Below, in pieces: positions 46,874 through 56,500 of a stretch of 64,000 nt of DNA. Origin of the DNA: an uncultured bacterium (GTDB taxonomy: Bacteria > Abyssobacteria > SURF-5); contig CAZSKP010000024.1 in the NCBI GenBank assembly GCA_964607485.1, forward strand, positions 1-64,000. Direction: 5' to 3'. Positions within the stretch are counted from its first letter, which is position 1. Each line of letters begins with the position of its first letter. The notes below the pieces were generated by a model. It worked only from the letters and a program-made list of their open reading frames with translations. It was not told the DNA's origin and ran no database searches. A program made the translations under genes and the position numbers.

Positions 46874-48142
46874 ATGTTCGTCGACAGGGTTAAAATCAGC
46901 GTGCAGGGTGGTGACGGCGGCAACGGGTGCGTCAGTTTCCGGCGGGAGAAGTATGTGCCACGCGGAGGTCCAGACGGCGGCGACGGCGGTGACGGCGGCA
47001 GTGTGATCCTGCAAGTGGACCCCGCAATCTCTACCCTCCTCGACCTCAAGTATAATCCTCTTCAGCGCGCTCAGAAGGGCGTGCATGGCAAGGGAAAGAA
47101 TAAACACGGAAAGCGGGGAGATGACAGAAGCGTTCCTGTCCCGCCCGGCACCATCGTGATTGACGACGATACCGGCGAGCCCCTGGCCGACCTCGTCCGC
47201 GAGGGCGACCGGCTCGTGGCTGCGCGCGGAGGCAAGGGAGGCAAGGGAAACGCGAGCCTCGCCAGCTTTCACAATCGGCTCCCGCGCTTTGCCGAATTGG
47301 GCGCGCCCGGAGAACGACGCACACTCAGGCTCGAGCTGAAGATCATCGCCGACATCGCCATCGTCGGTCTGCCCAATTCCGGCAAATCGACGCTTCTTTC
47401 CAGAATCTCGCAGGCTCATCCGCGAATCGCAAGCTATCCGTTCACCACGCTGTCGCCCAACCTCGGCGTCGTGGACACGGACGATTACGCTCGGTTCGTC
47501 GTCGCCGACATTCCGGGTTTGATAGAAGGAGCCCACGAGGGCGTCGGGCTGGGCCACGACTTCTTGAGACACATAGAGCGCACGAAGGTGCTCGTCTTCC
47601 TCCTCGACGCCGGCGCGCCCGACCCTGCAAAAGATTACGAGACGCTCCGCAACGAACTGGAGCTTCACGACCCCGCGCTCGCTGAAAAGCCCCGGATAAT
47701 CGCTGCGAACAAGATGGACCTCCCGGCAGCCAGGGAAAATTGGACGACGGCCAAACGGCGGCTGCGAACCCGGAAGGCGCCGATGGCCGCGATATCTGCG
47801 CTCAAGGGAGAAGGGCTCGACGAGTTGCTCGAGTTAATGACAAAGGCGGTGGAGAAAGAGAAGGAACGCACTCCGGCCCCCGCCCCGCAGCCCGGGCTGA
47901 GCAAACGCTACACGTTCCGGCCCGAATTCGGCGTGCGAAGAGCGGGCCGTGTGTTCGAGCTCTGGGGCGAAAAGCCGGAAACATGGGCGTCGATGACGGA
48001 TTTCGAGAACAGCGAGGCCGTCGCGCATCTCAGGCACAAGCTCGATCACCTCGGCATAGACGCGGCGCTCAGGCGCGAGGGCGCCGACGGCTCGATTATC
48101 CTGAGAATCAAGGAGCAAGAATTTGAATATAAACTTGGATAA
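46874..48142 (+). CDS. obgE: GTPase ObgE/CgtA
   Basis: FRREKYVPRGGPDGGDGG, GLPNSGKS, YPFTT, DIPG and NKMD. Confidence 0.96.
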   Translation: MFVDRVKISVQGGDGGNGCVSFRREKYVPRGGPDGGDGGDGGSVILQVDPAISTLLDLKYNPLQRAQKGVHGKGKNKHGKRGDDRSVPVPPGTIVIDDDTGEPLADLVREGDRLVAARGGKGGKGNASLASFHNRLPRFAELGAPGERRTLRLELKIIADIAIVGLPNSGKSTLLSRISQAHPRIASYPFTTLSPNLGVVDTDDYARFVVADIPGLIEGAHEGVGLGHDFLRHIERTKVLVFLLDAGAPDPAKDYETLRNELELHDPALAEKPRIIAANKMDLPAARENWTTAKRRLRTRKAPMAAISALKGEGLDELLELMTKAVEKEKERTPAPAPQPGLSKRYTFRPEFGVRRAGRVFELWGEKPETWASMTDFENSEAVAHLRHKLDHLGIDAALRREGADGSIILRIKEQEFEYKLG

Positions 48143-49244
48143 CGTACGACTGCTTGTCGTGAAGGTCGGCACCACGCTGATATCCTCGTCGAGCGATTTC
48201 CTCAACAGAGAAAAAATGCAGCCCATAGTCGAGGACATCTCCGACTTCAGAAAACGCGGCACAAAGGTCATCCTCGTCTCCTCGGGAGCAATCGGCGCGG
48301 GCATGGCCGTGCTCGGCCTGAAGACGCGTCCCAAACTGCTGCCTCAAAAACAGGCAGCCGCCGCGATAGGCCAGAGCAAGCTCATGCATTTCTACAAGGA
48401 GCTTTTCAACGAATACGGCCTGCGCGTCGCCCAGATACTGCTCACCAAGGATGACCTCGATGACCGCACGAAGTATCTGAACGCGAGGAACACCCTCTGG
48501 ACGCTGCTTCAATACGAGAGCATCGTGCCCATCATAAACGAAAACGACACCGTGGCCGTGGATGAGATAAAGTTCGGCGACAACGACACGCTTGCGGCGG
48601 TGACCGCCTCCAAGATCCAGGCCGACCTGCTTGTCATTCTGTCCAACGTGGATGGGCTGTATGATTGCGACCCGCGAAAGTCCGCCGTCCCGAAACTAAT
48701 CGAGGAGGTGAAAGACCTCTCCGACGACTTGAAGAAGATGTGCGGCAGTCCCAGCGCGGAGACATCCGTCGGGGGAATGGCCGCCAAGCTTGAGGCGGCG
48801 CGCATCGCCACGCTCTCCGGCATCGGGATGGTGCTGGCCAACGGCGAGCACAAACATGTCCTCCGCGACATGTTCTCCGCCGGGTGCAGATGCACGTATT
48901 TCCATCCCAGGCGAGAATCGATTCACGGGCGCAAGCGGTGGATCGCGTTCGGCTCCGCTCCGCACGGAAGCGTTCAGATAGACGCGGGCGCCAGGCGCGC
49001 CATTCTGAAGCAAGGCCGCAGCCTGCTCCCATCGGGAATCACGGGTGTCAGCGGAAAATTCGACAGGGGCGACACCATCAGCATCGTCGATGAGGAGAAC
49101 AAGGAGCTGGCGCGGGGGCTGGCAAATTACTCGGCCAACGAAGTGAAGAAGATCAAGGGTTCTCATTCGAGCAAGATTGCCGAACTGCTCGGCCAGAAGG
49201 ATTACGACGAAGTGGTCCACAGGGACAACCTCGTCCTGTTATGA
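48123..49244 (+). CDS. proB: glutamate 5-kinase with PUA domain
   Basis: VVKVGT, VSSGAIGAG, INENDTV, FGDNDTL and VVHRDNL. Confidence 0.95.
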   Translation: MNINLDNVRLLVVKVGTTLISSSSDFLNREKMQPIVEDISDFRKRGTKVILVSSGAIGAGMAVLGLKTRPKLLPQKQAAAAIGQSKLMHFYKELFNEYGLRVAQILLTKDDLDDRTKYLNARNTLWTLLQYESIVPIINENDTVAVDEIKFGDNDTLAAVTASKIQADLLVILSNVDGLYDCDPRKSAVPKLIEEVKDLSDDLKKMCGSPSAETSVGGMAAKLEAARIATLSGIGMVLANGEHKHVLRDMFSAGCRCTYFHPRRESIHGRKRWIAFGSAPHGSVQIDAGARRAILKQGRSLLPSGITGVSGKFDRGDTISIVDEENKELARGLANYSANEVKKIKGSHSSKIAELLGQKDYDEVVHRDNLVLL

Positions 49245-49297
49245 TTCTCTCACATAAAGAATAGACCTCAACCCATGCAAATTCGGAGACGTCAAAA

Positions 49298-50566
49298 GTG
49301 ACAGAGAACGCACGACTGGAAAAATCGTTGCTCGACATCGCTCAACGCGCGCGCTCGGCCGCCCGAAAGCTCGCAACGCTGTCCTCCGGCCGGAAGGATG
49401 AAGCCCTCAGGCTGATGGCCGACAACCTGAGAGCTCGCACTGCGCTCATTCTGCAGAGAAACCTGGAGGATGTCGAGAAGGCGAGAAAGGCGGGACTCTC
49501 CGCCGCGATGATCGACCGGCTCACATTGACCGAAAGCCGCGTCGAGACGATGGCGGCCGGGCTGGAGGAAATCATAAAATTGCAGGATCCCGTCGGAGAG
49601 ATAGTAAAGATGTGGAAGCGCCCAAACGGGCTCCGTATAGGGAAGGTGCGCGTCCCCATCGGCGTGATAGGGTTCATCTACGAGTCGCGTCCCAACGTAA
49701 CGGTCGACGCAGCCGGGCTCTGCGTGAAGAGCGGAAACGCGATTATTCTTCGGGGCGGCTCCGAGGCCATCGAATCGAACTCGGCCATAGCCGACGTGAT
49801 CGCCGCCTCACTGGGGCGGGCCGGACTGCCCGAGGACTGCGTCCAGCTCCTTCGCACGACCGACCGCGCCGCCGTCGGAATGATGCTCAAGATGGACAAA
49901 TACATCGACCTCATCATCCCCCGAGGCGGCAAGCCGCTCATCAAGCTGGTCGTTGAAAGCTCGACGATTCCCGTCATCATGCACTACGAGGGAATATGTC
50001 ACACGTACGTGGACGAATTCGCCGACCTCGACATGGCCGAAAGCATCTGCATGAACGCAAAAGTGCAGAGGCCCGGCGTATGCAATGCGATGGAGACGCT
50101 CCTGGTACATTCGCGCGTGGCCGAGCAGTTTCTGCCGAGAATGTGGGATAAGTTCTCCGCCGTGGGAGTTGAGATTCGCGGCTGCGACAAGACTCGCAAG
50201 ATTCTGCCCGACGCGGCCGCCGCATCCGAAGAGGATTGGCGGACCGAATATCTCGACTTGATACTTTCCGTGAAGGTGGTCGAATCGATAGAAGAGGCCA
50301 TCGAGCATATCGACAGGTACGGCTCTGCTCATTCCGACGCTATCGTGACCGAAAACTACACCAGCGCCCAGAAATTCCTGGAGGAAGTTGACTCCTCGGC
50401 GGTGTTTGTGAACGCATCGACCCGCTTCAACGACGGCTTCGAGTTCGGCCTGGGAGCCGAGATAGGCATAAGCACGAACCGGCTCCACTGTCGCGGCCCG
50501 ATGGGGCTCGAGGAACTCACCACGACCAAGTACATCGTTTACGGAACCGGACAGGTAAGAGGATAG
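49298..50566 (+). CDS. proA: gamma-glutamyl phosphate reductase
   Basis: IYESRPNVT, CNAMETLL, NASTRFNDG and HCRGPMGL. Confidence 0.96.
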   Translation: MTENARLEKSLLDIAQRARSAARKLATLSSGRKDEALRLMADNLRARTALILQRNLEDVEKARKAGLSAAMIDRLTLTESRVETMAAGLEEIIKLQDPVGEIVKMWKRPNGLRIGKVRVPIGVIGFIYESRPNVTVDAAGLCVKSGNAIILRGGSEAIESNSAIADVIAASLGRAGLPEDCVQLLRTTDRAAVGMMLKMDKYIDLIIPRGGKPLIKLVVESSTIPVIMHYEGICHTYVDEFADLDMAESICMNAKVQRPGVCNAMETLLVHSRVAEQFLPRMWDKFSAVGVEIRGCDKTRKILPDAAAASEEDWRTEYLDLILSVKVVESIEEAIEHIDRYGSAHSDAIVTENYTSAQKFLEEVDSSAVFVNASTRFNDGFEFGLGAEIGISTNRLHCRGPMGLEELTTTKYIVYGTGQVRG

Positions 50567-50603
50567 GGCATAACAGCATTCCGCTGCACGGGTCGGACGC
50601 AAC

Positions 50604-51620
50604 ATGTCAACGCCTATAGTTGAAGCCATCGGGACGCGGCAGAACAACCTCGGAGAGCTGCTCGACGAGGCGAGGGCAATGGCGCGGGAGCGTTCGGGAT
50701 ATCGCGCGTCACGAGCACTGCTGAAGAGGTGGGAGTCCATGATAGCGGATGGGTCGGGTTTCGTGCTGCTCGACGATTCCGACTGTATCGGTTTGCTCCT
50801 GCATTCGACCGACTACGAGCTGGGGTTCTCATCGTTCTTGAGCGACACCGGCGCGCGCAAGCTTCCACAGAGCGCGACCATCTCGGTTTGCCACGTCCTC
50901 AAGAGGGCCAGAGATGCCTCCGCGTCGAACGAGCGATTTCTGCTGCGTTCGGCCGTCTCGCAACTGAGATCGGTCAAGTCGATCGAGACGGTCGCCGTGC
51001 AGCTATCACCCCTTTATGAACTGGACCTCGAAGGGACGCTCGCGAGAACGGGTTTCATGAGCTGCAAACGGGTGCGAATGGAGCGCAGGCTCTCCGGCCG
51101 CATTCCCAGGGTCGGCGCGCCTCCGGGCTGCAGGATCGAGGTTCCGACGCCGCAGGACGACGACGCCTTGAGGTCGGTCATCTACCACGGCTACTTCTCC
51201 GAAATCGACGGCTATCTGTTTCCCGACATAGGAGCTGTGTGCTCAGACCCCGCGCTCTTCCAGGAATTCCTGAGCAGCAATTCCATAGAGCCGGACGCTT
51301 CCGTCATAGCGCGGGTGCATGGACATCCGTGCGGATGCGTGATAGTGTTGTCCGACGAGGCGCGGCAGAGTGGCCTCATAGGGGTTGTCGCAGTAGTCCC
51401 GGGCATGCGGCGGCGGGGTGTCGGCCGCGCCATGCTTTTTCAGGTGATGGCGTGCCTTCAAGATCATCATCACAGCCACGCCGCTCTGGCCGTCACCGTG
51501 GAAAACCGCCCCGCGTTTTCGCTCTATTCGTCCCTCGGTTTTGAGGAGGTCGGGCCGAGGGTGGGCATCTCCGTGTGGCGCAGGAGCGTATCGCGCCCGC
51601 TGATGATTTTCCCGCGGTGA
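50604..51620 (+). CDS. GNAT-family acetyltransferase
   Basis: C-terminal VAVVPGMRRRGVGRAM...LAVTVENRPAFSLYSSLGF. Confidence 0.8.
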   Translation: MSTPIVEAIGTRQNNLGELLDEARAMARERSGYRASRALLKRWESMIADGSGFVLLDDSDCIGLLLHSTDYELGFSSFLSDTGARKLPQSATISVCHVLKRARDASASNERFLLRSAVSQLRSVKSIETVAVQLSPLYELDLEGTLARTGFMSCKRVRMERRLSGRIPRVGAPPGCRIEVPTPQDDDALRSVIYHGYFSEIDGYLFPDIGAVCSDPALFQEFLSSNSIEPDASVIARVHGHPCGCVIVLSDEARQSGLIGVVAVVPGMRRRGVGRAMLFQVMACLQDHHHSHAALAVTVENRPAFSLYSSLGFEEVGPRVGISVWRRSVSRPLMIFPR

Positions 51621-51780
51621 ATGCTCCTCGTCCGTCACTCTCCTTGCACAGAAGAACCTTTCCCCCTTATAATATGTCGAATTGCATTTCTCGACGGACG
51701 AGGGGCTGGCAATCGTAAAGAGGGCGGGGCCGTAGTGCGCTCGTTGAGTCATCCTTCCAGAATTGTAGGAGAAAAGCCCT

Positions 51781-54045
51781 GTGGCATCAAAGAGAGAATA
51801 TAAAGCCCACTTAAGCCGCGACCTGGGCCTTTTCTCAGTCACCATGATAGGTGTCGGCGCAATGATAGGCGCCGGCATCTTCGTGTTGACGGGCATGGCC
51901 GCAGGGGCGGCCGGGCCTGCGCTCGTGCTCGCCTTTTTCCTGAACGGGCTCGTGACGCTCTTGACCGCGATGGTCTACGCTGAGCTGGGCTCGTGTTTTC
52001 CCGATGCCGGCGGAGGATACCTCTGGACGAAAGAAGGGCTTCCACAACCGATGGGTTTCCTGAGCGGCTGGATGTCCTGGTTCGCCCACGCTGTGGCGTG
52101 CAGCCTCTACGCGCTCGGGTTCGGGGCCTATTTCGGACAGGTGCTCCACGAGCTCGGCCTGAACGTGTTCGGCTTGCATCCGGAGATGCTGATCAAGATC
52201 CTGGCTGTCCTCATGATAGCGATCTTCACCTTTATCAACTACAAGGGGGCCTCGGAGACCGGGCTGGCGGGCAACATCGTCACGGCCGCCAAGATATTGA
52301 TCATAGGGCTGTTCATCCTGTTCGGACTGAAGCGGATGTTGGGACAGCCCGAAAGCGTCGAGCACTTTTCCCCGTTTCTGCCCAAGGGCTATTCCGGCGT
52401 CTTTATCGCCATGGGACTCACGTTCATCGCGTTTGAGGGATACGAGATAATCGCGCAATGTGCGGAGGAAGTGGTGGATTACAAGCGCAACATCCCGCGC
52501 GCCGTCTTCCTTTCGCTTGCAATCGTCGTTCCCATCTATATATTGGTGGCCATCGTCGCCATCGGGGCGATCAGCGGCCATGGGATGTCCACCTGGCAAT
52601 ATCTCGGGTCGCACGAAGAAATAGCGATGGTCGAGGCCGCCCGGCAGTTCATGCCGTACGGCGCGCTGATACTGCTCGTCGGAGGTTTGCTTTCCACGAT
52701 GTCGGCGCTCAACGCGACCATTTATTCATCCTCACGGGTTTCGTTTGCGATGGCGCGCGACCACAATCTGCCCGATGTATTGAGCCTTGTTCACGAGACT
52801 CAACGAACTCCCCACGCCGCCATCATCGCCTCGGGAGTGATAATTGCGGCGATGGCCGTTTCGCTCCCCATCGAGGACGTGGCCAGCGCGGCCGACATCA
52901 TGTTTCTCTTGCTGTTCTTGCTCGTTAATATGACCGTCATCAACCTGAGGCGCAATCGGCCCGACCTCGACCGCTCGTTCACCGTGCCCCTGTTTCCCTA
53001 TATCCCCATCATCGCCATCGTGCTGCAACTGTTCCTCGCGCTGTACATGTTCAACATGAGCCCGATCGCGTGGTACACGGTCGTAGGGTGGATCGGGGGA
53101 GGGCTGGTGTTCTTCTTCGGCTATTCTTCCCGAAAGGAAACGGAGCGGGTGAAGACGCCGGTGGTGTTCGAGGAAAAAGAGATCGCGGCAAAGGAATACC
53201 ATATCCTCGTTCCCCTGTCCAAGCGGGAAGAGGTTGAGCCACTGATGATGGTTTCGAGCGCGATAGCGCGGGCTCACGAGGGTGACATTACCGCTCTCAG
53301 CGTCGTCGAGGTGCCTGAGCAATTGCCGATTTCGGAGGGGGCTCGTTTCGTGGCGGGCAAACGCCACGTTCTCGAGATTGCCGACAAATACGGCCTGGAG
53401 CACAACGTGCCGGTGAGCATCAAGGTGCGCGTGACGCACAAGCCACATCTCGCCATCCTGGACACGATTCGCGAAGAGAAACCCAACATGGTCGTGATGG
53501 GCTGGAAGGGTTACACGTTAACCAAAGACAAACTGCTCGGCGAGACTCTCGACCCGCTCACCAGAAATGCACCGTGCGACATCGCGGTAGTCAAGCTCCG
53601 GGAAATCGATAGGATCGAAAGCATCTTCGTTCCCACGGCCGGCGGGCCCCACGCGCGGTTCGCCCTTGCCCTGGGCGTTCAGATAGCGCGCTACTCGAGC
53701 GCCCGCCTGACGACAGGCACCATCATCCCGACGGCGGCCTCCGAAGAACGCAAGGCTCAAGCGCAAAAGCTCATGGAGGAAGCCGTCTCGGGGGCTGACC
53801 CGGAGAACACAATTGGCATCGAGCGCAAGGCAATCGCGTCCGATTCCACCGCGGCGGCGCTCATAAAGGAAAGTGAAGGATACTCGCTCACCCTCATCGG
53901 TGCCTCGAACCAGAGCATCTGGGAACAGTTGCGCCTCGGCTCCATCCCCGAGATGGTCTCGCGCCGCTCGCCCAGGACCGTGGTCATCGTACGCAAATAC
54001 GAGGGCCCGATCAAGTCGTGGGTCCGGCGTTTCTTCACGGGATAG
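51781..54045 (+). CDS. APC-family amino acid permease with C-terminal universal-stress-protein domains
   Basis: GAMIGAGIF, YAELGS...GGGY, FEGYEII, then PTAGGPHA and GSIPEMV USP-like repeats. Confidence 0.88.
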   Translation: MASKREYKAHLSRDLGLFSVTMIGVGAMIGAGIFVLTGMAAGAAGPALVLAFFLNGLVTLLTAMVYAELGSCFPDAGGGYLWTKEGLPQPMGFLSGWMSWFAHAVACSLYALGFGAYFGQVLHELGLNVFGLHPEMLIKILAVLMIAIFTFINYKGASETGLAGNIVTAAKILIIGLFILFGLKRMLGQPESVEHFSPFLPKGYSGVFIAMGLTFIAFEGYEIIAQCAEEVVDYKRNIPRAVFLSLAIVVPIYILVAIVAIGAISGHGMSTWQYLGSHEEIAMVEAARQFMPYGALILLVGGLLSTMSALNATIYSSSRVSFAMARDHNLPDVLSLVHETQRTPHAAIIASGVIIAAMAVSLPIEDVASAADIMFLLLFLLVNMTVINLRRNRPDLDRSFTVPLFPYIPIIAIVLQLFLALYMFNMSPIAWYTVVGWIGGGLVFFFGYSSRKETERVKTPVVFEEKEIAAKEYHILVPLSKREEVEPLMMVSSAIARAHEGDITALSVVEVPEQLPISEGARFVAGKRHVLEIADKYGLEHNVPVSIKVRVTHKPHLAILDTIREEKPNMVVMGWKGYTLTKDKLLGETLDPLTRNAPCDIAVVKLREIDRIESIFVPTAGGPHARFALALGVQIARYSSARLTTGTIIPTAASEERKAQAQKLMEEAVSGADPENTIGIERKAIASDSTAAALIKESEGYSLTLIGASNQSIWEQLRLGSIPEMVSRRSPRTVVIVRKYEGPIKSWVRRFFTG

Positions 54046-54178
54046 CGGTCTCGTCGGAAATGCTTACTATGAGGGGAACGGGCCGGCGAGAGACCTTAGG
54101 ATCTACCAGATATAGGCGCGGCGGGGGAGCAAAGAAAGGTAAGATCGCGGCGTGCTCCGCGCCTGCTTCCATTCGGAA

Positions 54179-55306
54179 TCAGCGCTTCTCTGAGGTTTCT
54201 CTGCTCATCTCCTTTTCGAGCATTCGTGTTCTCATCGACGAATCTTTCGAAAACGGGAAGACGCTCAACCAATGGGAAAATATGATAATACCGTATCCGA
54301 GAAACGGCCACTTAACCCAGAGATACCCAGGTCCTGTCATCAGGTTGATCATCAGGAGGAGAAAAATCACGGCCGCATAGAATGCCAGGTGTCGGTAGAA
54401 CCGCATCTTTGCTCTTACCCTCTTCGCCGCCCTCTGGTAGGCGTCCTGGCCGCTCGCAGGGATCTCACTTTTGACGGGGGCGCGGTATTCCGGCTGCAGG
54501 GTTTCGTAACCGAGGAGGTCCCTCAACATTTCAGAGACGCTCGCGTATCTGTCTTCCTTCCTTTTCGCCATCGCGCGCGACACAATCATGCTAAGACCCC
54601 GGGGCACATCCGGGTTGAGAGTTTCCACGCTGGCGGGCTCGTCATAGATGATCTTGTGAATCAGCGCCGCCTCGTGTGCCGCCGCGAACGGAATCCTTCC
54701 CGTCAGCATTTCATACAGCACGACGCCCAATGACCAGATGTCCGTGCGGTGATCCACAGATTCCCCAAGCGCCTGTTCGGGAGACATATAAGGCACGGTG
54801 CCCATGACGGTGGCCGTCTTGGTAAGCCGCGTTCGTCCGGTGAGCTTTGCCAGGCCGAAATCCATGATCTTCGCCTGGCCCTTCTTGTTCACCATGATGT
54901 TGGCGCTCTTGATGTCCCGGTGGACGATTCCTCGTTCGTGCGCTTCCTGCAACCCTTCCGCGACCTGGATGGCGAGGTCGGCCGCCTCTCGCACACTCGG
55001 CGGTTTCGATTTGATTCTTTCTTCGAGACTCTGGCCTTCTATATAAGCCATCGCGATGAACGTCTGGCCTTCGGCCTCATCGATCTCATATGTGGTGCAA
55101 ATGTTCGGATGGTCCAGCGCAGCCGCGGCCTGCGCTTCTCGGACGAATCGGGCCTGGTCTTCCTCGCTTCCCACAACTTGCGGGGAGAGAAACTTGAGGG
55201 CGACAGCCCTCCTGAGCCTCGTGTCCTCGGCCTTGTACACTACACCCATCCCACCTTGGCCGAGCTTCTTAGTGATACTATAGTGCGAGACAGTCTTGCC
55301 AATCAT
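54179..55306 (-). CDS. Hanks-type Ser/Thr protein kinase with C-terminal 2TM domain
   Basis: LGQGGMGVVYKA, HRDIKSAN, DFGLAK, YMSPEQ; C-terminal FYRHLAFY...WPFLGYG. Confidence 0.9.
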   Translation of the reverse strand: MIGKTVSHYSITKKLGQGGMGVVYKAEDTRLRRAVALKFLSPQVVGSEEDQARFVREAQAAAALDHPNICTTYEIDEAEGQTFIAMAYIEGQSLEERIKSKPPSVREAADLAIQVAEGLQEAHERGIVHRDIKSANIMVNKKGQAKIMDFGLAKLTGRTRLTKTATVMGTVPYMSPEQALGESVDHRTDIWSLGVVLYEMLTGRIPFAAAHEAALIHKIIYDEPASVETLNPDVPRGLSMIVSRAMAKRKEDRYASVSEMLRDLLGYETLQPEYRAPVKSEIPASGQDAYQRAAKRVRAKMRFYRHLAFYAAVIFLLLMINLMTGPGYLWVKWPFLGYGIIIFSHWLSVFPFSKDSSMRTRMLEKEMSRETSEKR

Positions 55307-55388
55307 ACGTATACTTTAGCATCAGGCCAGAAAGTCCGACAGTCGGGCGCAACCGTATGTATTGGGAGTTCCGTGCCGGCCAGTTCCC

Positions 55389-56162
55389 CTACGCCTCAAA
55401 AGCTCTCGGGCCGCCGTCGATGCAGATCGTCTCGCCCGTCATATAACTCGATGCGTCGGACGCGAGGAAGACGACCGGCCAGCCTATCTCTTCGGGATTT
55501 CCCCAGCGTCCGAGCGGCAATAGGGAAGAGCGCTCCCGTGTCGATTCGGGCGTGATGCCCATCTGTTTCTGGACGGCCTCGGTGACAATCATTCCCGGCG
55601 CGATGCAGTTCACACGGATATTGTACTGCGAGAATTCGACCGACAGCGCTTTCGTGAGGTTGATGACGGCGGCCTTGGCGGCGCCGTAGGGCGCCATCAT
55701 GGGCGCGCCGTCCCTGCCGGCTATCGAGGCTATGTTGATAATGACGCCTCCGCTCTGCTTCTTCATTTCCTGACATGCTGCCTTCGAGAACAGGAAGGTT
55801 CCCGTGACGTTGATGCCGAAGATGGCGTTCCAGCCGTTCAGGCTGACACCCTCGATGGGGCACACAAAGCTCGCGCCCGCATTGTTTACGAGTATGTCCA
55901 GCTTCCCAAACTTCTGGACCGTTTGCTCGACAACGCTCTTTACCTGGTCCTCCTTCCGAACGTCACAGGTTAAGGCCAGCGAGCGTCTGCCCATCTCTTC
56001 GATTTTCTTGGCCGTGGCCTCCAGATGCTCCATCTTGCGGCTGCAGATGACCACGTGAGAACCCGATTGCGCCAACGCTTCCGATATGGCCCTTCCGATT
56101 CCGGTGCCGCCGCCGGTGACGATGGCGACCCTATCCTGTAAGCCAAAGGGTGTTTCAGGCAT
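55389..56162 (-). CDS. short-chain dehydrogenase/reductase
   Basis: TGGGTGIG, NNAG, YGAAK and IDGG. Confidence 0.92.
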   Translation of the reverse strand: MPETPFGLQDRVAIVTGGGTGIGRAISEALAQSGSHVVICSRKMEHLEATAKKIEEMGRRSLALTCDVRKEDQVKSVVEQTVQKFGKLDILVNNAGASFVCPIEGVSLNGWNAIFGINVTGTFLFSKAACQEMKKQSGGVIINIASIAGRDGAPMMAPYGAAKAAVINLTKALSVEFSQYNIRVNCIAPGMIVTEAVQKQMGITPESTRERSSLLPLGRWGNPEEIGWPVVFLASDASSYMTGETICIDGGPRAFEA

Positions 56163-56395
56163 GGAATCATCTCCTTTCGTTTTGCCACAACCCCGTGTCT
56201 TCTCAAAACAGACCGAGATGAATGGCGTTTCTTTGAATGCCCCAAAGCCCGCAGTCGTGGGCAATCATAAGAAATCGGACCGGCACGTGTCAAGTACAAA
56301 AGTGCACACAAAGCGGGGCGTTTCGGTTTGCCCGAAGCTTCTCAAACCATTACGCGCCACTGGCTTATACTGGTCGGGCGCTCCGACCAGATGGC

Positions 56396-56411
56396 TGGCA
56401 CAGTTGTTGCT
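56396..56411 (+). promoter_or_regulatory. sigma-54 (-24/-12) promoter upstream of the sensor kinase
   Basis: TGGCAC-AGTTG-TTGCT matches TGGCAC-N5-TTGCW. Confidence 0.6.
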
Positions 56412-56500
56412 CCTGTTCAGAGGGGAGTATAGGTCTGTCCAAAGTCCATCAGAGCGAAGCACTTCGCGCATGACCGCTTCGTTCTGCGCGAAACAAGTCG

